Assembly (NCBI RefSeq): GCF_000497125.1 | Contig: NC_090599.1 | Location: forward strand, 310,001-374,000 | DNA: 64,000 nt | Direction of reading: 5' to 3' | Source: Spironucleus salmonicida | Lineage: Eukaryota | In this document: one piece after another, positions 43,106-54,685 of the stretch | Position numbering within the stretch: the stretch's first letter is position 1 | Layout: every line of letters starts with the position of its first letter | Program-made: the position numbers and the translations under genes | The notes under the pieces: model-generated | Told to the model about the DNA's origin: nothing | What the model saw: only the letters and a program-made list of their open reading frames with translations | Database searches by the model: none

Positions 43106-43288
43106 TCATTCTACTACGCTATAATTGCTATTTTAATAGTCAAACATGCTATATAAAAGTTACGGAATGGGAGTTAATAACCATGGAGTATATAGTTAAT
43201 CAAGTTGTATTGGTGTGTAACAGTAATTTTTAATGCTTATTGGTTATGGTATGGGGTCATCCAAAACTTCTTTTACGTCTAGCCTCAT
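43106..43288 (-). CDS. 60-aa microprotein, paralog of 56396-56578
   Basis: MRLDVKEVLDDPIPQPISIKNYCYTPIQLDQLYTPWLLTPIPQLLYSMFDYQNSNYSVVE*. Confidence 0.7.
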
Positions 43289-44516
43289 TGTAATTACTCG
43301 AATATATTCTAATACATTTTTAATAAGTATTATATTATTATTATTATAGTAAAGATAAAAATTTAGATACAACACATTTATTAATAAGATATACCGATAT
43401 TTCAAACTGAGTCTTAAATTTAAAAATATGTAAATACAAACATTTAGAATAATAAACAATTTTTCGCCTGTCTTTTATTATCTGGGAAATTATCAAATTA
43501 TAATAGTAGTATATATCTACATATAAATTGTAAAGTAAGTTAGTCATTATAAATAATGTTATTTTAAACTGTATAAATCCATCTGAATAAAATTTTAGAG
43601 CTATAATAATCATTGATGAATTATATAATTAATAATATAATTTATTCTACTAAAGTGCCGGAAATACGATATAAATATTAATAATTCATTTATGATCCTG
43701 TAAGAATTTTTTAAATATATTATTTTTAAAATTCATGTATAAGATATTTCTACAATATAATAATGATAGATTTGTTTTATAATTATATCAAAAAATAAGA
43801 TAAAGTGAGAGCTACCTTTATCTTATGCTAATTAAAGAATCAACACAATTCAATTTGAATTTTCCAGAGTAGTCATTAATATAAATTTGACTGAAAGTAA
43901 CAAACCTAAGACAACTTGTTATTACAGTAACATAAGTTTAGATGAACTTGTAGTTAAGTAAATATAAGTAATAAATAATATAACCTTACGATAATTATAG
44001 TTAGCATGAGGTTTATATTGTAAGGATAATAGTGATGATGGAAGGTAAATTAAAACTTAATGTATATTCAAATTTCCAATAGTAAAAGGAAGTTATAAAT
44101 AAAACTTTACTCTAATAGTCTAAGTTGTTTTATTAATTATATCATCAAAAAGATTCATTGATCAAATAATAAAATAGTAATGGATAACGAATATTTACTT
44201 TTTTTGATAAACAGTGAAACAAAAATTATTGATCACATTTCATTTTATTAACTGAGTTAATTTAATATAATATATCAAGGTTAAAAGTAAATCTAAATAT
44301 AATTATAATAAAACTATTTTAATATTTAGATGTTTAGTTTGATTGTTATATATGATATACATTGATTTATGATTATCTTAAAAGAATAACAATAATAAAT
44401 ATAATAACTTCATTAGAAACTCAATAAAATTGTATTATTCATCCCTGCTGCCAGTATCCCGAAAAACTAAGACGGCACACTGTGTATAATATATGTTATA
44501 ATACCTCTAAACAGTA

Positions 44517-45155
44517 ATGATTAGCAATGAGCCTACACAGCTCCCCTAGATCCCTGCTACGATGTCAGGTAGGCCGCGTGCAAAGGACAAGAAGAGTCCA
44601 GAGGACTCATTCCCAGCTGAGATGTCACAGCGGGTGCCTTTCACCCTTCCCAAGACGGTATCGCCCACGCGCTACAGTCTCCGCGAGCCCGAAGTAAACC
44701 GCTCAATACCCATGTCCACGATGTCACGACGCAGCACCTTCGTGGACTCAGCCATCGCGAGGGGGTAGAAGCTACCTGGGCCCTCGTCCTACCACACTGT
44801 CAGTTTCGCCGTGCAGAGGCCGCGGGTCAATCGCACAGTCGTCACACCATAGACCCGTGATCTGTAGATCAGTATGCAGAGCACCACGAGGACCGAGTTT
44901 AGTGGCAGGTAGGCAGTGGAGGGCAGCTTCAAGTTCCTAGCCAGGACAGTCGGCGCAGCGGACTTCCGCAGCGTAGCAGAACGGTTTGTACCACCAGCAA
45001 TTGGCACTGCCGAGTTCCCAGGAGACGTAGTGCAGGGCTTCAAGAACTCGCGGTCCCGGAGCGCCCAACTGACCCTGAATAGCACGGAGCGGTTCCAAGC
45101 TCCCAGGGAAGAGCCGACGCGACGGTAGAAAGGGCTGCGCTGGTGGGACTACTGA
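44517..45155 (+). CDS. Hypothetical basic S/T/R/P-rich protein with a PGPSSY motif, 212 aa (copy 1)
   Basis: Code-6 ORF MISNEPTQLPQIPATMSGRPR...KGLRWWDY*. Confidence 0.65.
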
Positions 45156-45168
45156 GTGAGGAAGGACA

Positions 45169-45738
45169 TCACTGGGCCTACCGCCCCACTAGGAAGGGCA
45201 TCAGCTTCGCGGCGGCGAGCCCACGGTGGGAGATCCGGTTCTTCTCCTCCATGGTCATGGCTGCGTAGCGAAGGCCGCTTGCGTCGGCTCTGAAGACTGT
45301 ATCGTAGCTGAGGGCACCAAAACTGGAGACTCCCTCCGGGGGCACCATCTCCCCGTGGCACTAGCCAGAGAAGAGCAGCGGTTCGGCGCCGGGGCCTTCG
45401 CAGAAGGCATAGATGCACTGTGCGTAGGCCCGCTTGTCCTCGAAAGCCGAGAGGATCCGCACGAGGCCACCGGCACCCATGCTGGTGAGGAAGTCTTTCA
45501 CGTACGGCCCTGGGAGCTTGTAGTCGAAGGCTGCAAAGCACAACGACACGTCATCCGTTACAACCGGCCCCCCGTAGAGCGCGGCGGCTGCACGGCATTT
45601 AGCGGCGGCGACCTGCTCCGGCGAACCCTACAGCTCGGGAACGTCCAGTGAATGGCTGATCCAATCTACGCCCCCCGCCATGGATGCGAACTCGGCAATC
45701 TTGTGTGCGTTCCCGGTTACAAGACAGACTGGTTTCAT
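45169..45738 (-). CDS. ITPA: Inosine triphosphate pyrophosphatase (Ham1 family), copy 1
   Basis: VTGNAHK, PEL-Q(TAG)-G, VVTDDVSL, LPGPYVK, EEKNRISHR. Confidence 0.93.
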
Positions 45739-45763
45739 TTGGAGCGGGATACGAACCACACAA

Positions 45764-46291
45764 ATGTTCGGTGAGACTCCGGGCGAGAGGCTGGAGCGGC
45801 GGGTCTGCCGGAAATACCGCGGCATGTGTCTATTGGGGGTTCGGGTATCACAGGGGAGCTGGCGGTGCGGTGCACTGGCCATCATGTTACAGGTGCCAGT
45901 CGTATTGGCGTGGCAGTGTGGTTGGGGGCCTGGGCTGGCGCTGTTGGTCTCCTACGCCAGGGTGCTCTCCATGGTCCCCGCGCACGGCACAGCAGCAGAG
46001 GAGGCGGAATACGCTACTGCAGTGCAGCTGATAGCACTTGGGAAGAGCGCACGGAGGATGCACGCCCGCTGGAACAGCCTATCTGTGGAGTTACGGCTGG
46101 CTGTGCTGGGGGCGTGCGGTGTGGCGTCCGAGCTGCTAGGAGGATGGGCGGTATTGGCAGCGGTTGGTATAACGGATTTGTTGTGGCTGGTACCCTGTGT
46201 GGGAGAGAAGGTGCGTGCGGTCGTGCGGAAGGCCGCGGATGCCCTAGCTCCTCTAGTCGAGCGAGCAGGCTATGTGTTACGGAACGAGTGA
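45764..46291 (+). CDS. Hypothetical membrane protein, about 175 aa (copy 1)
   Basis: Two hydrophobic stretches; ends GAGTGA; start uncertain (alternatives 45824 and 45884). Confidence 0.55.
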   Translation: MFGETPGERLERRVCRKYRGMCLLGVRVSQGSWRCGALAIMLQVPVVLAWQCGWGPGLALLVSYARVLSMVPAHGTAAEEAEYATAVQLIALGKSARRMHARWNSLSVELRLAVLGACGVASELLGGWAVLAAVGITDLLWLVPCVGEKVRAVVRKAADALAPLVERAGYVLRNE

Positions 46292-46313
46292 TTAACGACA
46301 GTGCCGGAGTACT

Positions 46314-46528
46314 TCACTGGGAGGTCCTGTGTGCCAAGAAGGAGACACAGTGACCGAGGAGAACTGCTACGAGGAAGCCGTAGGCGACCTTCAGGGCGGA
46401 TTCGGGCATGATGCCGGTTTGCTTGGTACTCTTTCTAGTGTGTTAGTAGAAGTTACGGTTCAGAGTGGCACGGGTGGGACACAGGGATCCCGCCGCCTGC
46501 CTCCTCAAAATAAAACATACTTAGCCAT
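46314..46528 (-). CDS. Sec61beta-like tail-anchored protein, 42 aa, two exons (46521-46528 and 46314-46434), copy 1
   Basis: Mirror of 53896-54110. Confidence 0.7.
46435..46520 (-). other. Predicted 86-nt spliceosomal intron, copy 1
   Basis: GTATGTT...ACTAACACACTAG on the minus strand. Confidence 0.8.
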
Positions 46529-46657
46529 TACAATTAGAGGAATGATCTTTTATTCTAATATATGTTAATATAATACTTTTTTATATATTTTTGATTTCTA
46601 CTCGTCACTTAATTATTATTAATTATATAATAATCGCATATCGAGTAAAATTTCCAA

Positions 46658-47536
46658 TCACTACGTTTCCACCAATACTTATATTCCGAATTTAAGCATA
46701 AAATGTGCTCTTTCAAACGTTTACCCGGTCTTCCGGTTCTTTTCAACCTTAATCCACTCAAGCTCTTCATATACTATCATTCCTACATCCGCTATCAGTT
46801 TTTTTAGTAATAAAATATTAAATCCAATCAAAATAGTTGAATCTCCAGCACGTTAACAAACCACTCCATATTCAAATTGCTGGCTCTCTCTTCTAACAAT
46901 CCGATAATCGTTTTCGGAGTAATCTACAATCACACAAATACCTCCATTTTTGACAGCTGCTTTCGCCATTAAAATCACATTTTTAACCTCTAAAATCGAA
47001 CTCAAAACGAATATAATAAGCACAAAATCAAATTATCCCAGGTTAAACTTAGTTGCATCATCAACACATAAAGAGAGACGTTTTTCATCGTAAAACCGGC
47101 GTTCTTTAGCGTTAGAAATAGCTTGTTTTGAAAAATCAAAAGCTGTAATTTTAACTGCACCATTTTTCTCAAGTAGTGGGAAACATGTTGCACCCGTACC
47201 ACAACCAACATCTAGTACAGAAAAAACAATAGGCTGCTCAAGTGCAAAAGGAACAGAAAGTTATTTTAAATTTGAATCGTAAAGATTGATTTAAGAGCTC
47301 CATGTTGGGTTATGAGGGCACAACTTATATTTTAAATCAGTTTTATGTTCTTTTACCTCCTAATTAAATTTTATCTTAAGTTTGCAAATTGGGCAGATAA
47401 AAAATTTTGTTTTAAGGAATGAAACTTCCTATGTTGGTGGCAGTGGAAATAATTCGGGAATTAATTACCAGAGCCAGTGCCGATCACGATATGGATGATG
47501 TTATACTGAAAAAATTGCATTCCAGTTTTCCTCCAT
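46658..47536 (-). CDS. SAM-dependent methyltransferase, METTL2/METTL6 (tRNA m3C)-like, paralog B, 292 aa
   Basis: NWNAIF...YRDRHWL...PEL, VLDVGCGTG, FVLI..LSSI. Confidence 0.8.
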
Positions 47537-47562
47537 TTAAGGAGTGGAAAACAGAAAAATGA

Positions 47563-48399
47563 TCACTTCGCAGATATTCCTACTTTGACTATAAAATGTG
47601 ATCTTACAAATGTGTATCCTGTTTTCCGATTCATCTCCTATCGAGTCCATACAAATTTTTCATAAACAACAAATCCAATTTCGACCAAATACTATTCTAA
47701 AAGTTCCAAATCAAACCCTAGAAGCAAAGTGCCATCTCCCTCACGCACACACTAAATTCCAAAATCTGTCATAGTTCCATTTCTTTTAATCACTTTTGTG
47801 TCTAAATTGCTGTAATCCGTAATGAATAGGACACCATTTATCTTAAGTTGTGTTTTCATGTTTCGGAGGCACCCCTTCACATCTGGAATTGCACTCAAAA
47901 CGAATATTAATACGGCATAGTCGAATTACCCAATTTAACATGTCACTGCATCGTCTACGAGTCCCAAAATGCGTTCCTCGTCATAAAATTCTCGTTTTTT
48001 AAGCCAGTTTATTGCCGTCTCAGAAAAATCAAAGGCAGTAACTTTCACTGCTCCATTTTTCTCTAAAAGTGGAATGGATGTTGAACCTGTTCCACAACCA
48101 ACGTCTAGTAGCGATATTTAAGGTTCAATTTTACTAGCAAAGGGCACTTGTGCAGCACGAAGCTGGTCTTTTTATTGGGTCAAATCAATTTAAGACTGAT
48201 ATAAAGGCATGTGGATGCAAGATGCTCTGATTTCGTATAATTTAGCACACTGCGCGCAGGCGAATGTTTTACAGAGAATTTCCTCAGAGGAGCGGTGTGC
48301 AGGGACAGGGAACAATTCTGGAATCAATATCCAGAGCCAATGGCGGTCCTAATAAGGGTGTTTCTATGTTTTAAAAAATCGCTCCCATGGTTTGTTCAT
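47563..48399 (-). CDS. SAM-dependent methyltransferase, METTL2/METTL6-like, paralog A, 278 aa
   Basis: PWERFF...YQDRHWL...PEL, LLDVGCGTGSTSIPLL, DFSETAI, IFVLSAIP. Confidence 0.82.
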
Positions 48400-48421
48400 T
48401 TTAGGAGTGAAAAGAATAAAA

Positions 48422-50374
48422 TCATTCGAAGCCAAAAAGATCGTCTAAAATATTTTTCGCTGCAGCTTGAGGTTATGACACTGGGTACGCATCCTAGCTT
48501 TCGTCGACTGTTAAACCCTACAAATTGATATCAAGAGACTCCTCATCGTCTTCTGACTTTTACTTCTTCTCAATTGTGTTCTTGACAGCAACCCTAGAAA
48601 TAGAGCTGTACATCCCTAAATTGGGGACAAAGATGTTAAATGCATCAACGGGGTCTACAACTCTGGTGGCCTTGTTACCGTCAAAACCGAGCTCGCCACC
48701 AAAAATAATACTTCTAGCGTCAGCCAAATCATCGAGGCTCAGCAATCTCCAATAGAAGAACGCACGCTCTCTTACATCAGGAGAAAAAATTTTTGCCTCC
48801 TTATCCTTTCCAGTTGCAGCGGCTAGGAGACTCTATGCTAACGCCTAAGACTACTCGGTGGAGTTATGCAAAAATACTTTCACCGCGGCGCTCAGGAGTG
48901 CTAACTAAACACTCTCCTGTTCCTCCGAAAACTTATCACTGAAGTTTTCAATAACATCTGCGGCATTTTCAATCGATTAAGACTGAGCACCAATGACGTC
49001 AAACAGAGCGCATCTTGCGCTGGGATCATCCACAGCAGTAACAAGCTGCAAAATTTACAAAATTGCCGCATCAAAATACCCAGGATAGCAGCGTACAACG
49101 TCACGAATCGATACTATAGCCTCCTGTGCCACGACAGTATACGAAGTAGCTTTTTTGGAAGTTTTCTCTAAATATAGTGCTCCATCTCCATCGGCTTATT
49201 CATTCGAAACCTTTGAGACTAAATCTACCAAAATCTGAACACAATACCCGCTTGCATTGATGAGCTTAATCGCCAGCTTACCGATCAAGTTTACACACTT
49301 TTTGACGAATTTTTGCTCTACATCAGATACACAGTAATCTTTAAGCTCTTCAAGCAAAACTGATACATTTTCGTCATTTGCAACCTGTAGCAGTACCTCT
49401 AGTTTCTCCAATTTTATGTACAACGGATCTAAATAGCTTGGGAGTAATGGACGAATTTCAAATGATATCCATCCCGGGAAGGCTGAAATAACAGATGCTA
49501 CTGAGCGCAAAGTTAGATATTGAATTTATGGGGATTCTGTAGACAAAAGTGTAATAAATGATGGCACAGTTCTGGTAATGTATTAATATCTTTATTCATC
49601 TGGAAGGTATTTTACAATGTTCAGTATTGATTTAATAGAGTTAATAACGACTGATGGATTCGCATGTTAAAGTTTGGTAGAAATTTTCTCAACCGCAGCA
49701 AGGGCTTAGTATGTATCCTTAGGAACAAATTTTGACAGACTTTCTAAAAGATATACCAAACCCCATTCGTTAGACTCTGCAGTAGCAGTCAAAATGGTTT
49801 AGAAAATGTTATCGTCTTATTAAAATAATTACTCTTGATGTAACTACATGAGAGATGCCACTGCATTTGAAATAACTGCCTAATTTGAGTCTTACAATAA
49901 AATAATAAGCTCAGGGAGTAAAATCTTTAGTTGGTCTGGACTTGTGACACAAACTTTTGCACATGCTATAGCTGCAGTTTTTCTTACATATGGATCAGCA
50001 TCATGCATGGCTTTCACTAAAGGAGAAATCAGGTATTCAATAATTTAAACTAAAGGTATTGAACTCATAGTACGAATAGCTAATGCCCTAATAATAGAAG
50101 AATCATTATTATCTGCATCTTTGAGAAATGCGTTAACTGCCAATAAACATGACTTAGGCTATTTTGTAGAAAAATTCATAAGATAAAGATATACTAACTT
50201 CTTTAGTTCTAAATCTTTAGAGAATATTGTCTTAACTACATCTGTGAAAATCCAAGACACATCTCGTTATGATGTCATTGCTACAATAATTTCTTGCATA
50301 GTTATTTTTTTCATAAATTCTGAGCCCGTACGGAGTGATTCCTGCCACTCCTAGTTTTCCTATTTTCCTGACAT
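48422..50374 (-). CDS. Beta-adaptin (AP-1/AP-2 beta) trunk without an appendage, 650 aa
   Basis: DLELKKLVYLYLMN, IIRALAIRTM, DADPYVRKTAA, LYIKLEKLEVL, SPDVRERAFFYWRLL. Confidence 0.9.
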
Positions 50375-50433
50375 TGATTTGAAGTGGGTATATTCTTATT
50401 ATATACCAATAAAATTTACATACTTTGTACATA

Positions 50434-51828
50434 ATGATACGGCGAAATTAGCAAAGCAAACTTTACTCATCTAGAAATTCTGTTAGGCCGGTTCAATTTA
50501 CTTTAGAGTAGTAATATGAAATTAGGAATAAAATATTAAGCTAAATTTGTACAAAATGTGGCTAGTTTGTTGTAAAACTAATCGATGATTTTAATCATTA
50601 GATTTATATTCTAAAATCTAATAACACTAAAGATTTAATTGATCCTGTTGAATTATAGAATGGTAAATTTTAAGAACTTATATCGCAAAATTTTTAGCTT
50701 AATTAAACAATTTCATTTTTGGAAAATAAAATAACCAAGATAGATGAGAATAAATGCAATTAGACAAAAGAAATACTATTTACTAAATAATAAAATAAAG
50801 TTTTATCCAATAGACTGAATAAATAAATGTTAGAGTTGAGAGATTCTAATAAGGCAACTGTTTTAAAATATGAAGAAAAATTAAGTTCAGCATATTAATA
50901 AATAGATAATTAAAATCAAACTATAAGACATATGACTCAAGAAATAGAAAAAGTAAGTAAAAGATATAACAATATTCTTAATGGTACAAACGATGATAAA
51001 GCAAGTGTCACTTATCTTCAACAGTTGATAAAAGATACTAATTAATAGCTTCAGTAAAATTTCAAGGAAATCTACCAGTTAAAGATTTAGCTTCAGAACT
51101 ATAGTATAATGGAATAAGAACATTAAAAACTAAGTAATGAGCATAAATATATGTAAGGTTAAATTTAAAACCTTAAACATGATTTACTTGTTAGTTAAAA
51201 TAATTATTAAAGAATGGTTTAAATTAATGATAAATTTAAAGATAGTTTAGATCTATAAAGTAGCCAAATAATAACATAATTAAACTAAATTGATCTATAC
51301 AGTGAGTAGATAGAGACATATGAAAAAGAAGTAGAGTCTTTAAGCAACAGTCAAACCACACACTTTAAAATAGATATAACAAAGGTAGCAAGCAAAGATT
51401 TTGAATATATTACATCGCCAAAGCAACCTATAGTTGGGAATATTACTGATGCTGAAAAATTATTTCTATAAGAGTATTCTGATATATTCATATATAAGTT
51501 TGACCGTATGGTTTTTTATAACTAGAATAAAAAAGTACTATTAGATGAATACTATTCAATTCGCGACTAAATTTTAAACGTTAATATTCTTAAATAATGC
51601 GGAATACCAATAAATATAGCAGTTAGAGCAGCAAATGAAGAGAAATATTGTTTAAATGCTGCTTTATAATATTTATCTGCCAATAATACCATATATACGT
51701 TAGTTCATACTTAGTTAGAATAAAATGTATTTGGTTAAGTTGTTAAAATGATATTGGCTTAATATAAGGTTGGAATTTCAAGAAATTAGTTCTGGGTTAA
51801 GCTGGATACTAATATTTAATTTATATGA
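50434..51828 (+). CDS. Coiled-coil protein, 464 aa
   Basis: Q/E/K-rich code-6 ORF; start and stop in frame. Confidence 0.65.
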
Positions 51829-52047
51829 TATTTAGGTATTTTTTTAATTAGGCCTAGAAAGTATTCAAGTATTGTCTTAATAAATATATTACAGTACTAA
51901 ATTTGTTTTAAACTATAAATATATAAATGTATGATTTTTATTTTACTTTAATATTATATTAATTTTCTTAAGCCTTTATTGCTTGAAATTTATAAAATTT
52001 TATAAAAATAAATATGTAGTATTATATAAAATATTATATAAAATTAA

Positions 52048-52482
52048 ATGAACTTTATCCAAACACGCCTTGTAAAACCACTCTCTCCCACATAGAAGTA
52101 CCTTAAATCAATAACATCAGATAATAATGACCTAATATCTTAGTAAATTTCATAAGATTCAACGTTTCTTAATAATCTTATTGCCCGCCTCGCAGACTCA
52201 TTTAATTTCCTTCAGAAGCGTCAAAATTTACTCATTAAAAAAGTAAGAAATTAAACACTAGAAATTTAAAAGAATTAAACTAGAATTAATGAACTTTTGG
52301 ATTATTGTAAAGTGCTTGAAAGAGAAATGCATGCGAAGGCTCTAGTTTGTGTAAAAAGGGTCAACTCAGCGATATGGCATTTAGAATCTCTACATGCATT
52401 TATAGATGAAGTCAAGTTAAAGCGTGCAATTTTACGTTTCAAAAAAGTCCTTGAAAGTAGGGCCAAAGATGGTGATAAATGA
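52048..52482 (+). CDS. Hypothetical coiled-coil protein, 144 aa
   Basis: Code-6 extension of track ORF 52297-52482. Confidence 0.6.
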
Positions 52483-53081
52483 TAATTTGCTAGGAATTGA
52501 TTTTATAATATTTCGTAATATGCGTAATATTATATTACTTTAAAAACATGTAATAAAAGAAGTGATTCAAAAAAGTATAAATCTGTTATTATATAATAAA
52601 TGATGAAAGTAAGTATTAATAATGATAAATGCTTTTACTCGCATCGTGACAACAGGTTTATGCATAGTGGCAGGATATATTTGTTTGCAAACTTTATATG
52701 TTAAATATAAACTGAAAAGTATTCATTTTTAATTTGACTCATTGTCTTCTTAAACACCATAAAAATGTATTGTATTTGTTTCAGATCCATAAGCCTGTTA
52801 TTGGTGCTTGAAGTAAGCTGAACTTTGGAATGAGTAAACATAAAAATTTATAGATAATAAAGGCTATACCTTATTAAAACTAAATGTTTCGGATGGTATC
52901 CTACTAGCGCGAAAGTTAAAATTGAATCATTTTTCTGGATTCCCTGTTACTTTATTTTTTGATATAAATAGTGTGGAAGCTCAGAGGATTTATGGTGTAT
53001 TTAATATGAAAAAGCTAATCAAAACAGTAAATTAAATAAAGTGATAAAGTAATATTATATAATATAATAAATCAATCTAAA

Positions 53082-53774
53082 ATGTCCGAAAAGGACTTCT
53101 AAGAATTAATAGAAGCAATCACTTCACATTCGGCAAATGGAGTTGAAATATAATCTAGGATCCATGTATATTCATCTAGAACAGCTGATAATAATTATTT
53201 GCCCAATACATAAATTTTAAACTAGCAAAATAGGCCATCATCATTAGTGTCGTTCTCACCAACAGAGGTTATGGCACCTGCATTCTCTAATAATACAATT
53301 GCTGCTGCTTCAAAGACGTTTAATATACTTGTATAAGCAATATCATAAACATACTATGAAATTGACGATATTCTAATAACACCTTAAATGTTATTTTCAG
53401 TAGAGTATTCATCTGCAATTGAAGCTACTTCAGCCACATTAAGAGCTGCTTTAAACAACTCCTAAGAAATTATTTCTTATTTTAAACTTATTGTTGCATC
53501 TATTTGTCCTAAACATCATTCACATGTATTTACCATAGACTTTTAAAATTCATACAATTTTATTGAGACAGATGGAGGAATATGGAGTCAAAATTATCTA
53601 TTCTGGAATTATTTAACCAAAAAAGTTTTAGTTTTCACACTTGTAGCATTAGCTGAGGAAAGCTCAAGTTCTGAAGAAGACAGTGATAATCATAATGAAG
53701 ATTGCACAAAAAATCTACCCGATAACCAAATTGATAATGTTTTTGGTGATGCTAAATTTTTTACATTCGAGTGA
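53082..53774 (+). CDS. MAF1: Divergent Maf1 (RNA polymerase III repressor), 230 aa
   Basis: SRIHVYSSR (cf. GRIESYSCK), DGGIWSQNYLFWNYLTKKVLVF (cf. [21 protein letters not shown]), acidic tail. Confidence 0.72.
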
Positions 53775-53895
53775 GAGTAAGTATTAAAATTCTCTTAAAA
53801 TATTAACGTGGTTGATTACGTTTTAATTAAAATAATATATTAAAGAATTCATAATATATTATGTATTATCTTACAATTCAATTCCTCTAATTGTA

Positions 53896-54110
53896 ATGGC
53901 TAAGTATGTTTTATTTTGAGGAGGCAGGCGGCGGGATCCCTGTGTCCCACCCGTGCCACTCTGAACCGTAACTTCTACTAACACACTAGAAAGAGTACCA
54001 AGCAAACCGGCATCATGCCCGAATCCGCCCTGAAGGTCGCCTACGGCTTCCTCGTAGCAGTTCTCCTCGGTCACTGTGTCTCCTTCTTGGCACACAGGAC
54101 CTCCCAGTGA
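53896..54110 (+). CDS. Sec61beta-like tail-anchored protein, 42 aa, two exons (53896-53903 and 53990-54110), copy 2
   Basis: Spliced product MAKKSTKQTGIMPESALKVAYGFLVAVLLGHCVSFLAHRTSQ*; the P..L....F...V..H spacing resembles the Sec61beta TM; ends CAGTGA. Confidence 0.7.
53904..53989 (+). other. Predicted 86-nt spliceosomal intron, copy 2
   Basis: 5' GTATGTT and fused branch point/3' site ACTAACACACTAG; removal puts the upstream ATG in frame. Confidence 0.8.
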
Positions 54111-54132
54111 AGTACTCCGGCACTGTCGTTAA

Positions 54133-54660
54133 TCACTCGTTCCGTAACACATAGCCTGCTCGCTCGACTAGAGGAGCTAGGGCATCCGCGGCCTTCCGCA
54201 CGACCGCACGCACCTTCTCTCCCACACAGGGTACCAGCCACAACAAATCCGTTATACCAACCGCTGCCAATACCGCCCATCCTCCTAGCAGCTCGGACGC
54301 CACACCGCACGCCCCCAGCACAGCCAGCCGTAACTCCACAGATAGGCTGTTCCAGCGGGCGTGCATCCTCCGTGCGCTCTTCCCAAGTGCTATCAGCTGC
54401 ACTGCAGTAGCGTATTCCGCCTCCTCTGCTGCTGTGCCGTGCGCGGGGACCATGGAGAGCACCCTGGCGTAGGAGACCAACAGCGCCAGCCCAGGCCCCC
54501 AACCACACTGCCACGCCAATACGACTGGCACCTGTAACATGATGGCCAGTGCACCGCACCGCCAGCTCCCCTGTGATACCCGAACCCCCAATAGACACAT
54601 GCCGCGGTATTTCCGGCAGACCCGCCGCTCCAGCCTCTCGCCCGGAGTCTCACCGAACAT
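54133..54660 (-). CDS. Hypothetical membrane protein (copy 2)
   Basis: Mirror of 45764-46291. Confidence 0.55.
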   Translation of the reverse strand: MFGETPGERLERRVCRKYRGMCLLGVRVSQGSWRCGALAIMLQVPVVLAWQCGWGPGLALLVSYARVLSMVPAHGTAAEEAEYATAVQLIALGKSARRMHARWNSLSVELRLAVLGACGVASELLGGWAVLAAVGITDLLWLVPCVGEKVRAVVRKAADALAPLVERAGYVLRNE

Positions 54661-54685
54661 TTGTGTGGTTCGTATCCCGCTCCAA

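Larger units (their letters stand above)
44445..46543. repeat. 2.1-kb GC-rich inverted repeat, left arm (partner 53881-55979)
   Basis: Track ORFs are mirrored with identical translations; mirrored coordinates sum to 100424. Confidence 0.98.

Noticed and set aside
52600-53044. Possible gene between 52.6 and 53.0 kb
   Set aside because: No convincing single frame or recognisable product
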